Below are positions 27,163 to 37,420 of a stretch of DNA of 64,000 nucleotides, piece by piece. The notes beneath the pieces were generated by a model. The model was not told where the DNA came from and made no database searches. It was given only the letters and a program-made list of their open reading frames with translations. Within the stretch, counting starts at the first letter, position 1, and each line of letters begins with the position of its first letter. Position numbers and translations under genes: made by a program. The stretch is taken from contig OZ241867.1 in NCBI GenBank assembly GCA_965203175.1, positions 1,408,001 to 1,472,000 of the forward strand, written 5' to 3'. Origin of the DNA: Candidatus Latescibacterota bacterium. GTDB taxonomy: Bacteria; Latescibacterota; UBA2968; UBA8231.

Positions 27163-27975
27163 TCAATTGGCGTTCTGTAGCACCGAAGCGCCACTAGTCG
27201 AGATCTTGCCGAGAGTGGGGCCGCCCTTGTATTTGAGCACAGAGGCACCCGTCAGCCGAGCGTCGAGGGTCCCTTGGGTATGGACGGTAACAACGCTAGC
27301 ACCGCTGAGGTCAATATCGGCGTTCTTGCAGACGAAATCGCCGAGCCGAAGGACACTGGCACCAGAAGCGCGGACGACGAGATCGTCACCGGTGCCGCTG
27401 AGTTGGAGTTGACAGGCACCGGATAACTGACACTTCAATGAGCCAGTATTGATCGTACCCGAAAGGCTACTGGCACCGCTGATATCGAAATTGACGGCAT
27501 GGGCTACCGCAAAGTCAGATATCTCGACGCGTGTAGCACCGATGAGCCCGAGATTTGTAAGATCGGGCATAATGATTTCGACATCGAAGGTGGTATTGCT
27601 GTACGAGCCGTTTTCGAGCCCGATTTCCAGTTTGTCACCCGAACGCGTCCCGTCGGCGGATTGGGCTTTATTGCCCTCGACACGCACTGTGGTGTTATTG
27701 ACGCGCAGGCGGTCAATGATGTTGTCGTCGATGCGAATGATCACCCGGTACTCGTCGCCCTGTGCGATGGTGCCCTGAGCGTGGTGGGTTAGATCAACTC
27801 GCGTAAAGTCGTCGAAATCCAATTCCAGGCTGACGACATCGCCAGATCCTTCGATTTTTTCGCCCTCGCCAATTTTTTCGCCCCCGTTGATACTTACCTC
27901 TCCTATGACACAGCCCCCCGACAAACAGATCAGCGCCACGAGCACTGCTACCTCGATTAGATACGTCCGCTGCAT
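27163..27975 (-). CDS. DUF2807/GIN-domain lipoprotein
   Basis: Lipobox LSGGC, IEGSG, repeated SGAS beta-helix units; GAGGAGG RBS before 27975. Confidence 0.82.
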   Translation of the reverse strand: MQRTYLIEVAVLVALICLSGGCVIGEVSINGGEKIGEGEKIEGSGDVVSLELDFDDFTRVDLTHHAQGTIAQGDEYRVIIRIDDNIIDRLRVNNTTVRVEGNKAQSADGTRSGDKLEIGLENGSYSNTTFDVEIIMPDLTNLGLIGATRVEISDFAVAHAVNFDISGASSLSGTINTGSLKCQLSGACQLQLSGTGDDLVVRASGASVLRLGDFVCKNADIDLSGASVVTVHTQGTLDARLTGASVLKYKGGPTLGKISTSGASVLQNAN

Positions 27976-28030
27976 GGAAAACCTCCTCGTTTGCTGCAGA
28001 TGGATTTGACGTAGGGACGAATGGTCCCAC

Positions 28031-29179
28031 TTAGTCAAACACCATTTCGCCGCATTTGTATCCTTCAATGTAATCCCAATCCATCTCCACGCCCAAACCC
28101 GGTCCCTGCGGCACGGGCACATGGCCTTGGGCATCAACGTTTTCCAACTCGTCGGTGAATTCGGGGGGATAGACGGGCGGCTTGGTGTTTTTAACTAAGG
28201 GATGGAGCAGACCCAATTCGTAGTAGTTGGTGTTGCGGATGGCGGCAATGCAGTGGCGGTGCGCCAAACCGCCGCCGTGGAACTCGCAGTCGAGACCAAA
28301 ACCCTCGGCCGCGTGGGCGACCTTCATCGCGCCCGTGATGCCGCCGTCCTCAAACGTGCCGACGCGGACGAAATCCGTGCCGCCGTGGGCGATGAAGTCC
28401 ACGTGCTGTTCAAGACCAAAGATGTGCTCGGTCTGCAAAAGCGGCGTCTTGAGCAATTCGCGCAGCTTCTTGTGGGCAAAAATCGACACGCCGCCGTCCT
28501 TATAGGGATCCTCCAGCCAGAAGTAGCCCGCCTCGTCGCAGGCGCGGCCCACGCGCAGAGCGTCCGCCCACGTCTCGTATTCACAGGCCGGGTCGATCAT
28601 CAGATCCATCCGGTCGCCCACGCGCTCGCCAACTGCGAGCACATTGGCGACCTCGCGGGCGATGGGAGCGTTGCCCCAGCCGTGAATCTTGAACGCGGGA
28701 TAGCCAATTCCCGCGCACTGCTCGGCAAAGTCGGCAAAAGCCTCCGGCGTGCTCAAGCCACCGTTTTCGTCGCCGTGGTAGGTCGAAGCATAGGCGGGAA
28801 TGGTCTTTCGCCAGCCGCCCAAAAGCTGCCAGATAGGCGCGTCGTACACCTTGCCGGCAAAATCCCACAGCGCCACGTCAACAGCGCAGATTTCGGTGCG
28901 GGCGGAGTGGCGCAGACCGCGCTTGATATCGTTGTAAATCCGCTCGCGGGCAAACGGATTCCGACCGAGCAGGTAGCGGGCGACGTTTTCGGGCACCGGA
29001 GGGCCGAGGCATTCGCCGGTGACGCCAATGCTGGTGTGGATGCGCACCGCGCAGGGCGTCATCGACAGCGTCGCACCCTGCTGGTAAACCTGATTAAAAC
29101 CATTGTAGTCAGTGCCCATGTTTTCGATCTGATGGGCGAAGTAAATATTTTCGATCTGGGTGATTTTGGGATCGGCCAT
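28031..29179 (-). CDS. Mandelate racemase/muconate lactonizing enzyme family (enolase superfamily)
   Basis: DVALWD..GK, AFKIH, LMID, WLEDP, GPGLGVE. Confidence 0.92.
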   Translation of the reverse strand: MADPKITQIENIYFAHQIENMGTDYNGFNQVYQQGATLSMTPCAVRIHTSIGVTGECLGPPVPENVARYLLGRNPFARERIYNDIKRGLRHSARTEICAVDVALWDFAGKVYDAPIWQLLGGWRKTIPAYASTYHGDENGGLSTPEAFADFAEQCAGIGYPAFKIHGWGNAPIAREVANVLAVGERVGDRMDLMIDPACEYETWADALRVGRACDEAGYFWLEDPYKDGGVSIFAHKKLRELLKTPLLQTEHIFGLEQHVDFIAHGGTDFVRVGTFEDGGITGAMKVAHAAEGFGLDCEFHGGGLAHRHCIAAIRNTNYYELGLLHPLVKNTKPPVYPPEFTDELENVDAQGHVPVPQGPGLGVEMDWDYIEGYKCGEMVFD

Positions 29180-29190
29180 AGGGGCTCCTC

Positions 29191-30030
29191 TCAGGCGAAA
29201 ACCGTCAGACGGGCAGGATTGGCGGGATTGACGGTCCACAGTTCCGCTGGATCGTAAACGCGCACGGCCTTCGGAGGATGCGCCGGTAGCGTCCACTCTG
29301 GGTTGAAGCGCTCGATTAGCCCAGCGAGATTCTTGTAGGCGATGCGGTCCTTGAGGTCGTCGTCAACTGGGGCCTCCTCAATAACCTTCTGCAATATCCT
29401 ATAGTCGTAATAGGGCAAGTCGGCACCAAAAATCAGCCGCTCGCGTCCCACCTTGTCGGCCAGCCACGCGAAATCCCACTCAGAGCCCGGCCCGTCCGGG
29501 TACTGGACGACCTCGAAAAATACATTGTCGTACTTGGCCAGATTCTCGGCGGCCCAAGTGCTGGCGTGGGCGATGAACGTGCAGTGTCGGAACATTGCGG
29601 CAATGCGGTCCATGAGCGGGTTGTGCATATGCAGGTTGACCAAGCCCTCGCGAGCGGCTGCAGCCTCGACGAAGGGAATGCACCACTCGGCGATGGGCGG
29701 ATGGCCGACGATGCCGACCAACCCCAATTCGCTCATGGCCTTTTCGGCCTCCTCAATACCCAGCTTGCCAAAGCGCTCCTCAATCAGGGCCAAGCCGATG
29801 GGGAAGACGCCGGGAAAATCGCGGCAGGCGCGGGCAATAACCTCGTTCTGGTGGCGAATATCCACGATGCCGCGGGCGATCGGACTGCCGACGGCAGTGG
29901 GCATGGAGATCGCGGCGTGGATGTGGGTCTCGGCAAAGCGCGTGAGGCACATGGCGGTGTTTTGGCCGACCGGCGGCACGCGGTCGATGGTGCGGCCAAT
30001 GTGGTTGTGGCAGTCGATATAGGGACGCAT
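29191..30030 (-). CDS. Amidohydrolase family protein
   Basis: IDCHNH, IAH, LIFGADLPY. Confidence 0.85.
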   Translation of the reverse strand: MRPYIDCHNHIGRTIDRVPPVGQNTAMCLTRFAETHIHAAISMPTAVGSPIARGIVDIRHQNEVIARACRDFPGVFPIGLALIEERFGKLGIEEAEKAMSELGLVGIVGHPPIAEWCIPFVEAAAAREGLVNLHMHNPLMDRIAAMFRHCTFIAHASTWAAENLAKYDNVFFEVVQYPDGPGSEWDFAWLADKVGRERLIFGADLPYYDYRILQKVIEEAPVDDDLKDRIAYKNLAGLIERFNPEWTLPAHPPKAVRVYDPAELWTVNPANPARLTVFA

Positions 30031-31077
30031 TCAAAGCTCCGTTAGGTCGATGGCGCGGCGCGCTTGGGTGGCACGGCGCGCCGCCTCGATAATGCTGAGG
30101 TTGTGATAGGCCCGCGCGGCGGTGATCGGCGGCGAATCCCCCGCGGCTAGGGCAGCGAACGTGGCGGTGAGATAGCCAGCGTGGCCGGTGACATTGCGCT
30201 CCGTGACGTCGAGCGGAATCTCGGACCAACTGCCCGTCTCCCGCGAGAAGCAATGCAACGCCCGGCCGCGACCAACGACGCGCAGGCAGTCGCCGCGAGT
30301 GTGCACTTCGCAGAGATTGCCCAACTCGCCGGCCCCACCACCGACCATGCCCCACGAGGTCGAGACCGTGGAGATGGCTCCGTTTTCGTGTTCGAGGAGC
30401 AAGAGCGCCACATCGTCGACGTCGATGTCGAAAAAGCGCGTCTGCACCCTCGCCTCGACATAGCGCACCGGCGAGCACATCAAGGTTTCGAGCGAATAGA
30501 TCTCGTGGTACCCCGTATCGCCGATGCAGCCGCCGCCCGCCGCTTTGGAAGCCCGCCAGATCCTAGCCGGGCTGGCGCGGTGATGGGCCTCGGTCATGGG
30601 GAAGATCGATTTGGCGCGACCGACTTGCGGTTCGGGCAACTCGTCCCCGTGCAAAAGCGCGATGGCGTGCAGGGTGCCGGGAGTAAAGACGGCGTTGTGG
30701 ACGACTGTATAAACGACGTCATGGCGCGCGACAGCGTCTAGCACGGCCGCGGCTTCCTCCAGCGAGGTGGCCATCGGCTTTTCGCTGATGACGGCACAAC
30801 CAGCCTCAGCCGCGGCAATGACTTGCTCGGCGTGGAGGTGGTGCGGCGTGGCAATGAGGACGGCGTCGAGGGCGGCTTGCTCCAGCATATCGCGGTAGTC
30901 GGCGTAGCGCTGGGCGGGCGGGACGCCGGTCGTCGCACCGACTTTAGCAAGGTTGTCATCGTCTGGATCAGCCAGCGCGGCAATGCGTACCGTATCGAGC
31001 TCGCACAACGTCGGCAGGTGCTGCAGCTGGACGATGCCGCCGCAGCCGATTAGTCCGAGGCGAATGGGTGTTTGCAT
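30031..31077 (-). CDS. Gfo/Idh/MocA oxidoreductase
   Basis: IGCGGI, ATPHHLH, EKPMA, GGGCIGDTGYH. Confidence 0.92.
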   Translation of the reverse strand: MQTPIRLGLIGCGGIVQLQHLPTLCELDTVRIAALADPDDDNLAKVGATTGVPPAQRYADYRDMLEQAALDAVLIATPHHLHAEQVIAAAEAGCAVISEKPMATSLEEAAAVLDAVARHDVVYTVVHNAVFTPGTLHAIALLHGDELPEPQVGRAKSIFPMTEAHHRASPARIWRASKAAGGGCIGDTGYHEIYSLETLMCSPVRYVEARVQTRFFDIDVDDVALLLLEHENGAISTVSTSWGMVGGGAGELGNLCEVHTRGDCLRVVGRGRALHCFSRETGSWSEIPLDVTERNVTGHAGYLTATFAALAAGDSPPITAARAYHNLSIIEAARRATQARRAIDLTEL

Positions 31078-31110
31078 AGGCTTAGGCGACCGGCCGGTCG
31101 CCCCTACATC

Positions 31111-32466
31111 TTAATACGGCGTATCCTTGGTGGTGATGGGACACCAGCGGGCGGCGAACAAATAGTCGAACAAGAGCTCCGTCGCCTCCGGCGTCCCAAT
31201 GCGCTCCAAGGTTTTGGCCGCCTTGGCACTGACGTAGCGGTTTGGGTCGTCTAGGGCTGCTACCACCGCTGGCTGCACAGCTTCGGCAGCCGGGCCCAGC
31301 CGCGCCAAGCCCAAGGCGGCATTGCGCCGTACCCATTCGTCGTCGTCACCCAAAACTCCGGCCAGTTCCTCTAGCACCGCTGAGGGCAATGCGCCCATGG
31401 CACCCAAGGCTTCGGCGGCGTGGCCTCGCACCTCGTCTGACGCATCGCCTAGCGCCCGCTGCAATGCAGGTACCGCTGCGGCACCCTCCCGACCCATATC
31501 GCCCAAACAATCGACCGCGGCTAGCCGCACGTCCGAATCGTCGTCAGCGCAGGCTTGGGCTAGCGCCTCGACTGCGACCGGGCCGGCTGCGGCCAAACCG
31601 TAGCCAGCGTTGCGCCGCACGTGTTCCGATCCCTGGCGCAAGCAGTCCACAAGCGGCCCCACGGCTGGCTCCCCAGCGCGACCAAGGGCATAGGCCGCCG
31701 CTTGACTCGCCGCCTCGGAATCACCCCTCAGCATCTGCAGCAACGCCGACTGCTCACCGTCGACAGCAAGACCTGCGGACCGCCCGCCGTACCATTCCCA
31801 CATACTGTGCCACATGGGTGCCTCGGCATGCCCGTTCCCAGCCCAAGGCTCCCCGCTTGCATCCCAACTAGGCCCGTCTGGCTCTTCAAGGCGGACGAAG
31901 AGAAACTTGACCATATAGCGAGCCTGCTCGGTGCTATTGGGCGTGGCTCGGTGCCACAGATCGTAGTGGACAATGCCGACCGTCCCAGCCTCCCCCGCGA
32001 GCGCGACTTGTCGCTCCTCATCCTCTTGGTCGAGGTGGTTGCGGTAGTGGCTACCGGGGACAACACCCGTGGGGCCGCGCTCGACTGGCGTGTCCTGCGG
32101 ATAGTAAAAGGCCATGGCCCAGCGCAGCCGGTGGTGCCGCCGGCTCCAGCTATCCTTGTGCAGCCGCTGTCCCTCCGAACCCGGCTTGTTGAAATGGCAG
32201 AACCGGTGCGGATGCAGATAGTACCCCGGCCCCAAAATACTGGTCAGGGCTCCCGCTACCTCGGGTTGGTCAAATACCTGCTGCAAGTCGGGAATGCGGG
32301 GCAACAGATTATTGCCCGGATTGCCCTCGCTGGCCAAGACCTCCTCTACCTGCCCATAAACGGATCGGTGAAAATCCGCGGGCAAATCCGTTTTGACCAC
32401 TGTATAACCATCGGCGATGAAAGACTGCATGCGGCTATCGTCTAACAAGATCGAGTCAGCACACAT
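31111..32466 (-). CDS. PhyH-family dioxygenase fused to HEAT/PBS-lyase repeats
   Basis: LHKD, PGSH, YDLWHR; C-terminal D....VR..AA.ALG repeats. Confidence 0.88.
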   Translation of the reverse strand: MCADSILLDDSRMQSFIADGYTVVKTDLPADFHRSVYGQVEEVLASEGNPGNNLLPRIPDLQQVFDQPEVAGALTSILGPGYYLHPHRFCHFNKPGSEGQRLHKDSWSRRHHRLRWAMAFYYPQDTPVERGPTGVVPGSHYRNHLDQEDEERQVALAGEAGTVGIVHYDLWHRATPNSTEQARYMVKFLFVRLEEPDGPSWDASGEPWAGNGHAEAPMWHSMWEWYGGRSAGLAVDGEQSALLQMLRGDSEAASQAAAYALGRAGEPAVGPLVDCLRQGSEHVRRNAGYGLAAAGPVAVEALAQACADDDSDVRLAAVDCLGDMGREGAAAVPALQRALGDASDEVRGHAAEALGAMGALPSAVLEELAGVLGDDDEWVRRNAALGLARLGPAAEAVQPAVVAALDDPNRYVSAKAAKTLERIGTPEATELLFDYLFAARWCPITTKDTPY

Positions 32467-32481
32467 AGCAAAGCTCCTCGT

Positions 32482-33324
32482 TTAGTGCGTGAGCGCCTCT
32501 CCCGGCATCCGATTCCAAGGCACGGGTGCGACGGTGCCCTCATAGGTAGGCAAGAAATCGGCAACCCGTGCTCTATCTTCGTCGTCCCAACCGACCCATT
32601 CGCGGGGGCGGGCGATGGCAGCGCGGAGGCCGTCGGATAGCAGGTCGAAATAAGGGAAATACCACAGGGTAATGACGGTGCGGTGCTGGGCCGATTTATT
32701 GGCATGAGCCGAGTGCAGCAGCCGCGAGTCGCCGATGACCACATCGCCCGCCGCCACGGGTACGTCCACCTCTTCGGGAATCGACTGATAGGCCGGATGG
32801 TCGGGATCGGCCACGCGGCGGAGTTCGTCGGTGTGGGCATCGGGCACCTCGTCGTGCATGCGGTGGCGCTGCAGATGCGAGCCGCGCAACAGGCGCAGGC
32901 AGCCGTTATGGGGCGTAGTATCGACGAGATAGTACATTAGGAAAAGCTGCTGAGGCAGGGGCGTATAACTCGAAGGATCGTCCCAGCCCCACCAGTCCTG
33001 ATGCCAAAACAGCGCCGGACTGTTGGGCGGTTTGCTGATGACGTAGCCAGACATCCATCGAGGGCGCAAAAAGCCCAAGGTTTCGAGCGCGGCACGGGCG
33101 GGCGGATAGGCGACGAGTTCGGCGAAGATGGGGTGGACACCGACATCGATCATGCTGCCGGTGGAGCGCTGTTGGGCGCGGATTTCTTGGCCTTGAGCGT
33201 CGAGCAGTTGGTCGGTGACTTGGCGCAGGCGACAGAGAATCTCGTCGTCGAGGACGTCTCCTATCAAACAATAGCCGTCGCGGATGAGTTGGTCGAAGTT
33301 TTCTTTGGGGTCTTGTAGAGGCAT
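32482..33324 (-). CDS. PhyH-family dioxygenase
   Basis: FWHQD, NGCLR..GSH, RLLHSAHAN...R. Confidence 0.92.
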   Translation of the reverse strand: MPLQDPKENFDQLIRDGYCLIGDVLDDEILCRLRQVTDQLLDAQGQEIRAQQRSTGSMIDVGVHPIFAELVAYPPARAALETLGFLRPRWMSGYVISKPPNSPALFWHQDWWGWDDPSSYTPLPQQLFLMYYLVDTTPHNGCLRLLRGSHLQRHRMHDEVPDAHTDELRRVADPDHPAYQSIPEEVDVPVAAGDVVIGDSRLLHSAHANKSAQHRTVITLWYFPYFDLLSDGLRAAIARPREWVGWDDEDRARVADFLPTYEGTVAPVPWNRMPGEALTH

Positions 33325-33417
33325 CGGCGGCGTTCCCCTCGGTCTATCGGTTATCGCTAGTAGGCAACGTAAGGCATCAGTCGGGCATTGTCCACAAAGA
33401 AGCCGACATACAACCCC

Positions 33418-35577
33418 TCAGCCAATGCCGAAAACTACATTGCCCATCTTACCGGTGAAATAATCGATCACCACCCAGAGCCCGTTGCACAGCGCCTCGC
33501 CCATGATCAGCCCCAAGAAAAAAGTCTCGCTGGCGCGATAGACGGAGGCCCCACCGAAGCGCAAAATGGCTTTTTTAACCGACCAAGCGATAAAAACGCT
33601 AAACCAGATGTGGTTCATCAGCATGTTGGCTCCAATGGGAAATCCGACCGGGTGAAAAGGCCACCACAACAGCCGCTGGCGCACCCAAGTCAACAGCAGC
33701 ATCACCAGCCCGCCCCCGGCGAAAAAGCCCAAGCCCTGCCAATACACTCCCGAGGGCTCTAAATTGTGCACGGCTCGGTCGAAAATGGTCGATGGCCCGC
33801 TCTTAAAGCGCCAGCCATCCAAGTTGATGCCACCGTGGATATGCACCAAGTGGAAGACCATCCAACACGAACCCACCGCGCCGATCAATAGGGCTAGGAC
33901 AACACCCCAAAAGACATAGCGCCGACTTTTGCGGTCCATCTCCTCAATTAGCTTGAGTCCATTAGCTAACACCGCCATGACGAAGATGCGGATATCGCCG
34001 CACCAAATATAGGCCAGCGACAAATTGAATACCCCGTTGGCTCCCACTAACTGCGAACCCAGCCCTTGCATGACCAAGTCCGGCGCAATCATAGGGGATC
34101 GCACTGCGGCCAGACCAGCCTCGGCCACCACCCGGGTGATACCGACGAAGATCAGCACGGCGAGCCCCACAAAAAGCAGCGCTACCCACAACTTGGTGCC
34201 CATAATCCACAGCCAAATACTCATGGCAATGCTGCCTCCCACCAAGCCGATGACAGCGCTGCGGTACGACATAATCTCGTCGCTGTCGTCAACCTCTGGG
34301 GCTCGTCCCAGGGCCTTGGCGAGGACGGCCTTGAGATGCGCTCGGCCGATCCAAAAACCCAGCAACACCATGGCGATTAAGGCACCGCCTCCCTGATAGG
34401 CCAAAAGAGCGTGCTCGTGGACTCCGTACACAAAGCGCTGATCGGCCTGTACCCCGGTGACCAACAAGGTTTCGTATTCGACTTTGGACAGCAAGTGGAA
34501 TAGCCACAAACCCGCCGCCACCTGCGTATTGATCAAATAGGAAAAACCGATCATGGCAAAACGAACGGAGAACTGCAAATTTTGCTGACCGACAAAGGGC
34601 AAACTCCAGTGCAAGTTTAAGGCGGGCACCGACGCATCGTAGTGGTGCAGGGCCGTCATCGACCCGACTAGCAGCGGAATGGCCGCCCCGCACCAAAAGG
34701 CCCGCTTGCGGAACAAGCCGTTGACCAGGCCCTCTTTCTCCTCGCCGGCCACTAGGGCCAGTCCCACTTGGGTCAGCGGATAGGCCAAGCGTTCGCGCTC
34801 CATCCACTGCCGTCGCAAAATCACCGCGGCCGAGACCATGGCTGCGTACAGAGCCAGCAGGAAAATCGCCCACCAGCACAAAGGCTCAACCCAAGCTCCA
34901 TAGTTGATTTCGAGCCCGGCTACTCCTTCGTAAAAGGCCCTATTCTCCCACCCGTCGTTGACCAACACTTGGTGCGGCGGCAGATGCGGCAGCAGCTTTT
35001 CCAGCCATTTATTTTCGGGTGAGGCGTAGTAAAAGAAGGCTGTGATACCCGGCAGCAACTGCTGGCTCATCCCCATAGTGCATAGGGCCGAAACCACTAA
35101 CAGCATGACATATACCAGCACTAACTCGGCCCGGTTGAGCACTAAGGTGAGCCCGTTCCAGACTAAAAGCAGATTGATCAGGATGGAAGAGACGATAAAC
35201 AGGTTGAACAACAGGCCGGGCGAATGAAAGTCCAATTCGCCCCGGGGACCGTACCAAGCGAGGAACAGTCCCACAGCGCCCACGGCCGCGACCAAGGCTC
35301 GCTCCCGACTGCGCCCCACTACCTTGAACAACACATTGAGCAGGCCGATCAACACCAAAAAGAGGAAAATGGCCCCTGGCGTATTGAAGTCGAAAGCCAT
35401 GACCGTGGAACGCATGGCCATGCGTACATAAGGAGCCCCCACCGCCAAGTACAGACTTAAAAAAGCCCCCACCCAAAGACCGCGGGCCGACAGCCCAAAG
35501 CGGCCGTTTCTCTGGTCCAGCAAAGAGTCCCGGTCTTTTAGATATCTGTGGTATGTCCGGGAAAGCTCTTTTTTCAA
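33418..35577 (-). CDS. Large polytopic membrane protein, DUF6785/DUF6784-like (putative transporter)
   Basis: Many hydrophobic segments; YYASPEN, QWMERERLAYPL, TRVVAEAG, WWPFHPVG, FFLGLI; paralog at 55761. Confidence 0.75.
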   Translation of the reverse strand: MKKELSRTYHRYLKDRDSLLDQRNGRFGLSARGLWVGAFLSLYLAVGAPYVRMAMRSTVMAFDFNTPGAIFLFLVLIGLLNVLFKVVGRSRERALVAAVGAVGLFLAWYGPRGELDFHSPGLLFNLFIVSSILINLLLVWNGLTLVLNRAELVLVYVMLLVVSALCTMGMSQQLLPGITAFFYYASPENKWLEKLLPHLPPHQVLVNDGWENRAFYEGVAGLEINYGAWVEPLCWWAIFLLALYAAMVSAAVILRRQWMERERLAYPLTQVGLALVAGEEKEGLVNGLFRKRAFWCGAAIPLLVGSMTALHHYDASVPALNLHWSLPFVGQQNLQFSVRFAMIGFSYLINTQVAAGLWLFHLLSKVEYETLLVTGVQADQRFVYGVHEHALLAYQGGGALIAMVLLGFWIGRAHLKAVLAKALGRAPEVDDSDEIMSYRSAVIGLVGGSIAMSIWLWIMGTKLWVALLFVGLAVLIFVGITRVVAEAGLAAVRSPMIAPDLVMQGLGSQLVGANGVFNLSLAYIWCGDIRIFVMAVLANGLKLIEEMDRKSRRYVFWGVVLALLIGAVGSCWMVFHLVHIHGGINLDGWRFKSGPSTIFDRAVHNLEPSGVYWQGLGFFAGGGLVMLLLTWVRQRLLWWPFHPVGFPIGANMLMNHIWFSVFIAWSVKKAILRFGGASVYRASETFFLGLIMGEALCNGLWVVIDYFTGKMGNVVFGIG

Positions 35578-35722
35578 CGGGGATCCTTTCGGCCGGGAGA
35601 AGACCGCGCAATAGTCTACAAATTTATCTCTATGCTCGTGCGCGAGCCCGGCTCACTCCCCGCTTCCTCGCCAATTCAGGTCGCTGCTGGTATAGCTATC
35701 AGTGTACTGCTGCAAATGCGCA

Positions 35723-35822
35723 GGCGGATAGGCGACGAGTTCGGCGAAAATGGGGTGGACACCGACATCAATCATGCTGCCGGTGGAGCTTGTCGGGCGC
35801 GAATTTCTTGGCTTTGAGCGTC
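35723..35822. repeat. Orphan ~100-bp diverged direct copy of an internal part of phyH (33101-33201)
   Basis: GGCGGATAGGCGACGAGTTCGGCGAA...TTGAGCGTC at both sites, about six substitutions and a 1-bp indel. Confidence 0.9.
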
Positions 35823-35843
35823 TGCTACAATACATTGCACAGA

Positions 35844-36968
35844 ATGAGTCGCGTTATGAAATCAATGCAGGAGTACGCTGCTTACGTACTTCTATCCATA
35901 TCTATTCTTTCTTTTCGATCCACGCTCGAGGCCCAAGTTGGCATAGAAGCCGAAGTACTGCCTTGGCCCTTAGCGTCTAAAGCGGCAGTTAGTATCACCT
36001 TTGACGATGCCTATATCTCCCATGTTAGTCGGGCGATGCCTCTCTTGGAAAACCACGGATTTCGCGGCACGTTCTTTTTGATCGTCGACAAGTTATTTCG
36101 CCAGGGCAAATACATAAACCACAGACCTTCCGCTCCTATCTCCGAGTGGCAAGCCGCCGCCGCAAGGGGACATGAAATGGCTAGCCACACTGTTAGTCAC
36201 GTACCATTGGACGCGATAGAAGTCCAGCAAATGAGGACTGAACTCATCAATTCTAAAGCCATATTAGATTCGCTGTTTTTAGGCGAACCGGTCGTCAGCT
36301 TGGCCTATCCATTTTCGCGAACCAATGCCGCTGTCGCCGCAGTGGCCAGTTCAATCTACCAGAGCGGTAGGGCCGGGCCGCCTACGGACGGAAGTACCGT
36401 ATATAACGATCCGGCGACGGTCGATTTGATGTCGGTGAAAGCGTTTTTCCCATGTAGCACAGTCGCACAATGGCATAGCGCAGTCGAGCGTACAATCGCT
36501 GGCAACGGCTGGCTAGTTGAAGCATTACATCCGATTGACGAACCAGGATTTTGTCGAGTAGCCACCGAGGATTTTGCCGATCACTTGCATTATCTATCCC
36601 AGCAGCATCCAGCACTCTGGGTCGCGCCGGTGCGAGACGTCGTTGAGCGAATTCGGCAGTGGCGCACTGTAGAATTACAAATAGAAAGCATCGCTAAAAA
36701 AGTGTATCAACTGCGTATTATAGGAGCACACAGCGACCAGCCCGATTGGCAGGTAGCACTATACCTAAACGACCCTCATCTATGGGGGGTTGAAGAAGAA
36801 AATGGACAGATCGTACCTAGCAATACGGAGGAAGATGCTCTTGTCTTCTCTTGGCCTCAACATCGGGCGAATGACCTATTGTTCTTGCGACCTAAAGACC
36901 AGACCCACATAGCCCAATATAGTTGGGGTAGATTGAAACATGCTATCCGCAAACGACCGGAGCATTAA
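35844..36968 (+). CDS. Secreted polysaccharide deacetylase (CE4/NodB-like); start approximate
   Basis: TFDDA, GHEMASHTVSH, LAYPF, C-terminal SWGRLK. Confidence 0.85.
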   Translation: MSRVMKSMQEYAAYVLLSISILSFRSTLEAQVGIEAEVLPWPLASKAAVSITFDDAYISHVSRAMPLLENHGFRGTFFLIVDKLFRQGKYINHRPSAPISEWQAAAARGHEMASHTVSHVPLDAIEVQQMRTELINSKAILDSLFLGEPVVSLAYPFSRTNAAVAAVASSIYQSGRAGPPTDGSTVYNDPATVDLMSVKAFFPCSTVAQWHSAVERTIAGNGWLVEALHPIDEPGFCRVATEDFADHLHYLSQQHPALWVAPVRDVVERIRQWRTVELQIESIAKKVYQLRIIGAHSDQPDWQVALYLNDPHLWGVEEENGQIVPSNTEEDALVFSWPQHRANDLLFLRPKDQTHIAQYSWGRLKHAIRKRPEH

Positions 36969-37177
36969 ATTTGTATCCACTGCGACTTTCACTTTGTCGC
37001 TCGGACCCGGGAAACGGCGGCAATAATATCCGACCGTTTCATTCCGACTTGCCTAGCTTGGCGGCGTGCTTTGGCAATCATGCGGTCAAAATCGCGCATA
37101 GAGGGCGTCTGGATGGTCTTGAGAATGATAATTTTGTCTTCGCTCATGACGTGGCACACTGTGCCTTCTGGCTGCTC
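36966..37177 (-). pseudogene. Remnant AbrB/MazE-type antitoxin C-terminus plus first codons of a PIN toxin
   Basis: Manual translation ..MSEDKIIILKTIQTPSMRDFDRMIAKARRQARQVGMKRSDIIAAVSRVRATK* (36989-37147), overlapped (GTGA) by MKVAVDTNL. Confidence 0.6.
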
Positions 37178-37420
37178 CTATTGTGGGGGACTCTGTTGAA
37201 AGCGAGTTCGAGCATTGGGAAGCGTAATGCCGACAAGACGGCTGTCGCGATAGTGGTAAATATTTCCATCCTCTTCCATCACGCTGTCATTGGCGCACTG
37301 AGGTTTTTCAAAACTGAGATACAATACATCAGCCCCTTCATCATAGTCGCTCCAAATTTGTGAATAGGGCAAGCGCAACAGCTCAGGGACAAATGTCAGG
37401 TCAATGCTGGACGTATCCAT
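37178..37420 (-). CDS. DUF2283 domain protein (putative antitoxin)
   Basis: YDEGADVLYLSF...LVGIT. Confidence 0.85.
   Translation of the reverse strand: MDTSSIDLTFVPELLRLPYSQIWSDYDEGADVLYLSFEKPQCANDSVMEEDGNIYHYRDSRLVGITLPNARTRFQQSPPQ

Noticed and set aside
33101-35822. 100-bp repeat pair as a diversity-generating retroelement TR/VR
   Set aside because: Mismatches are not adenine-specific on the sense strand, are mostly silent and lie near the 5' end of the gene; no reverse transcriptase in the window
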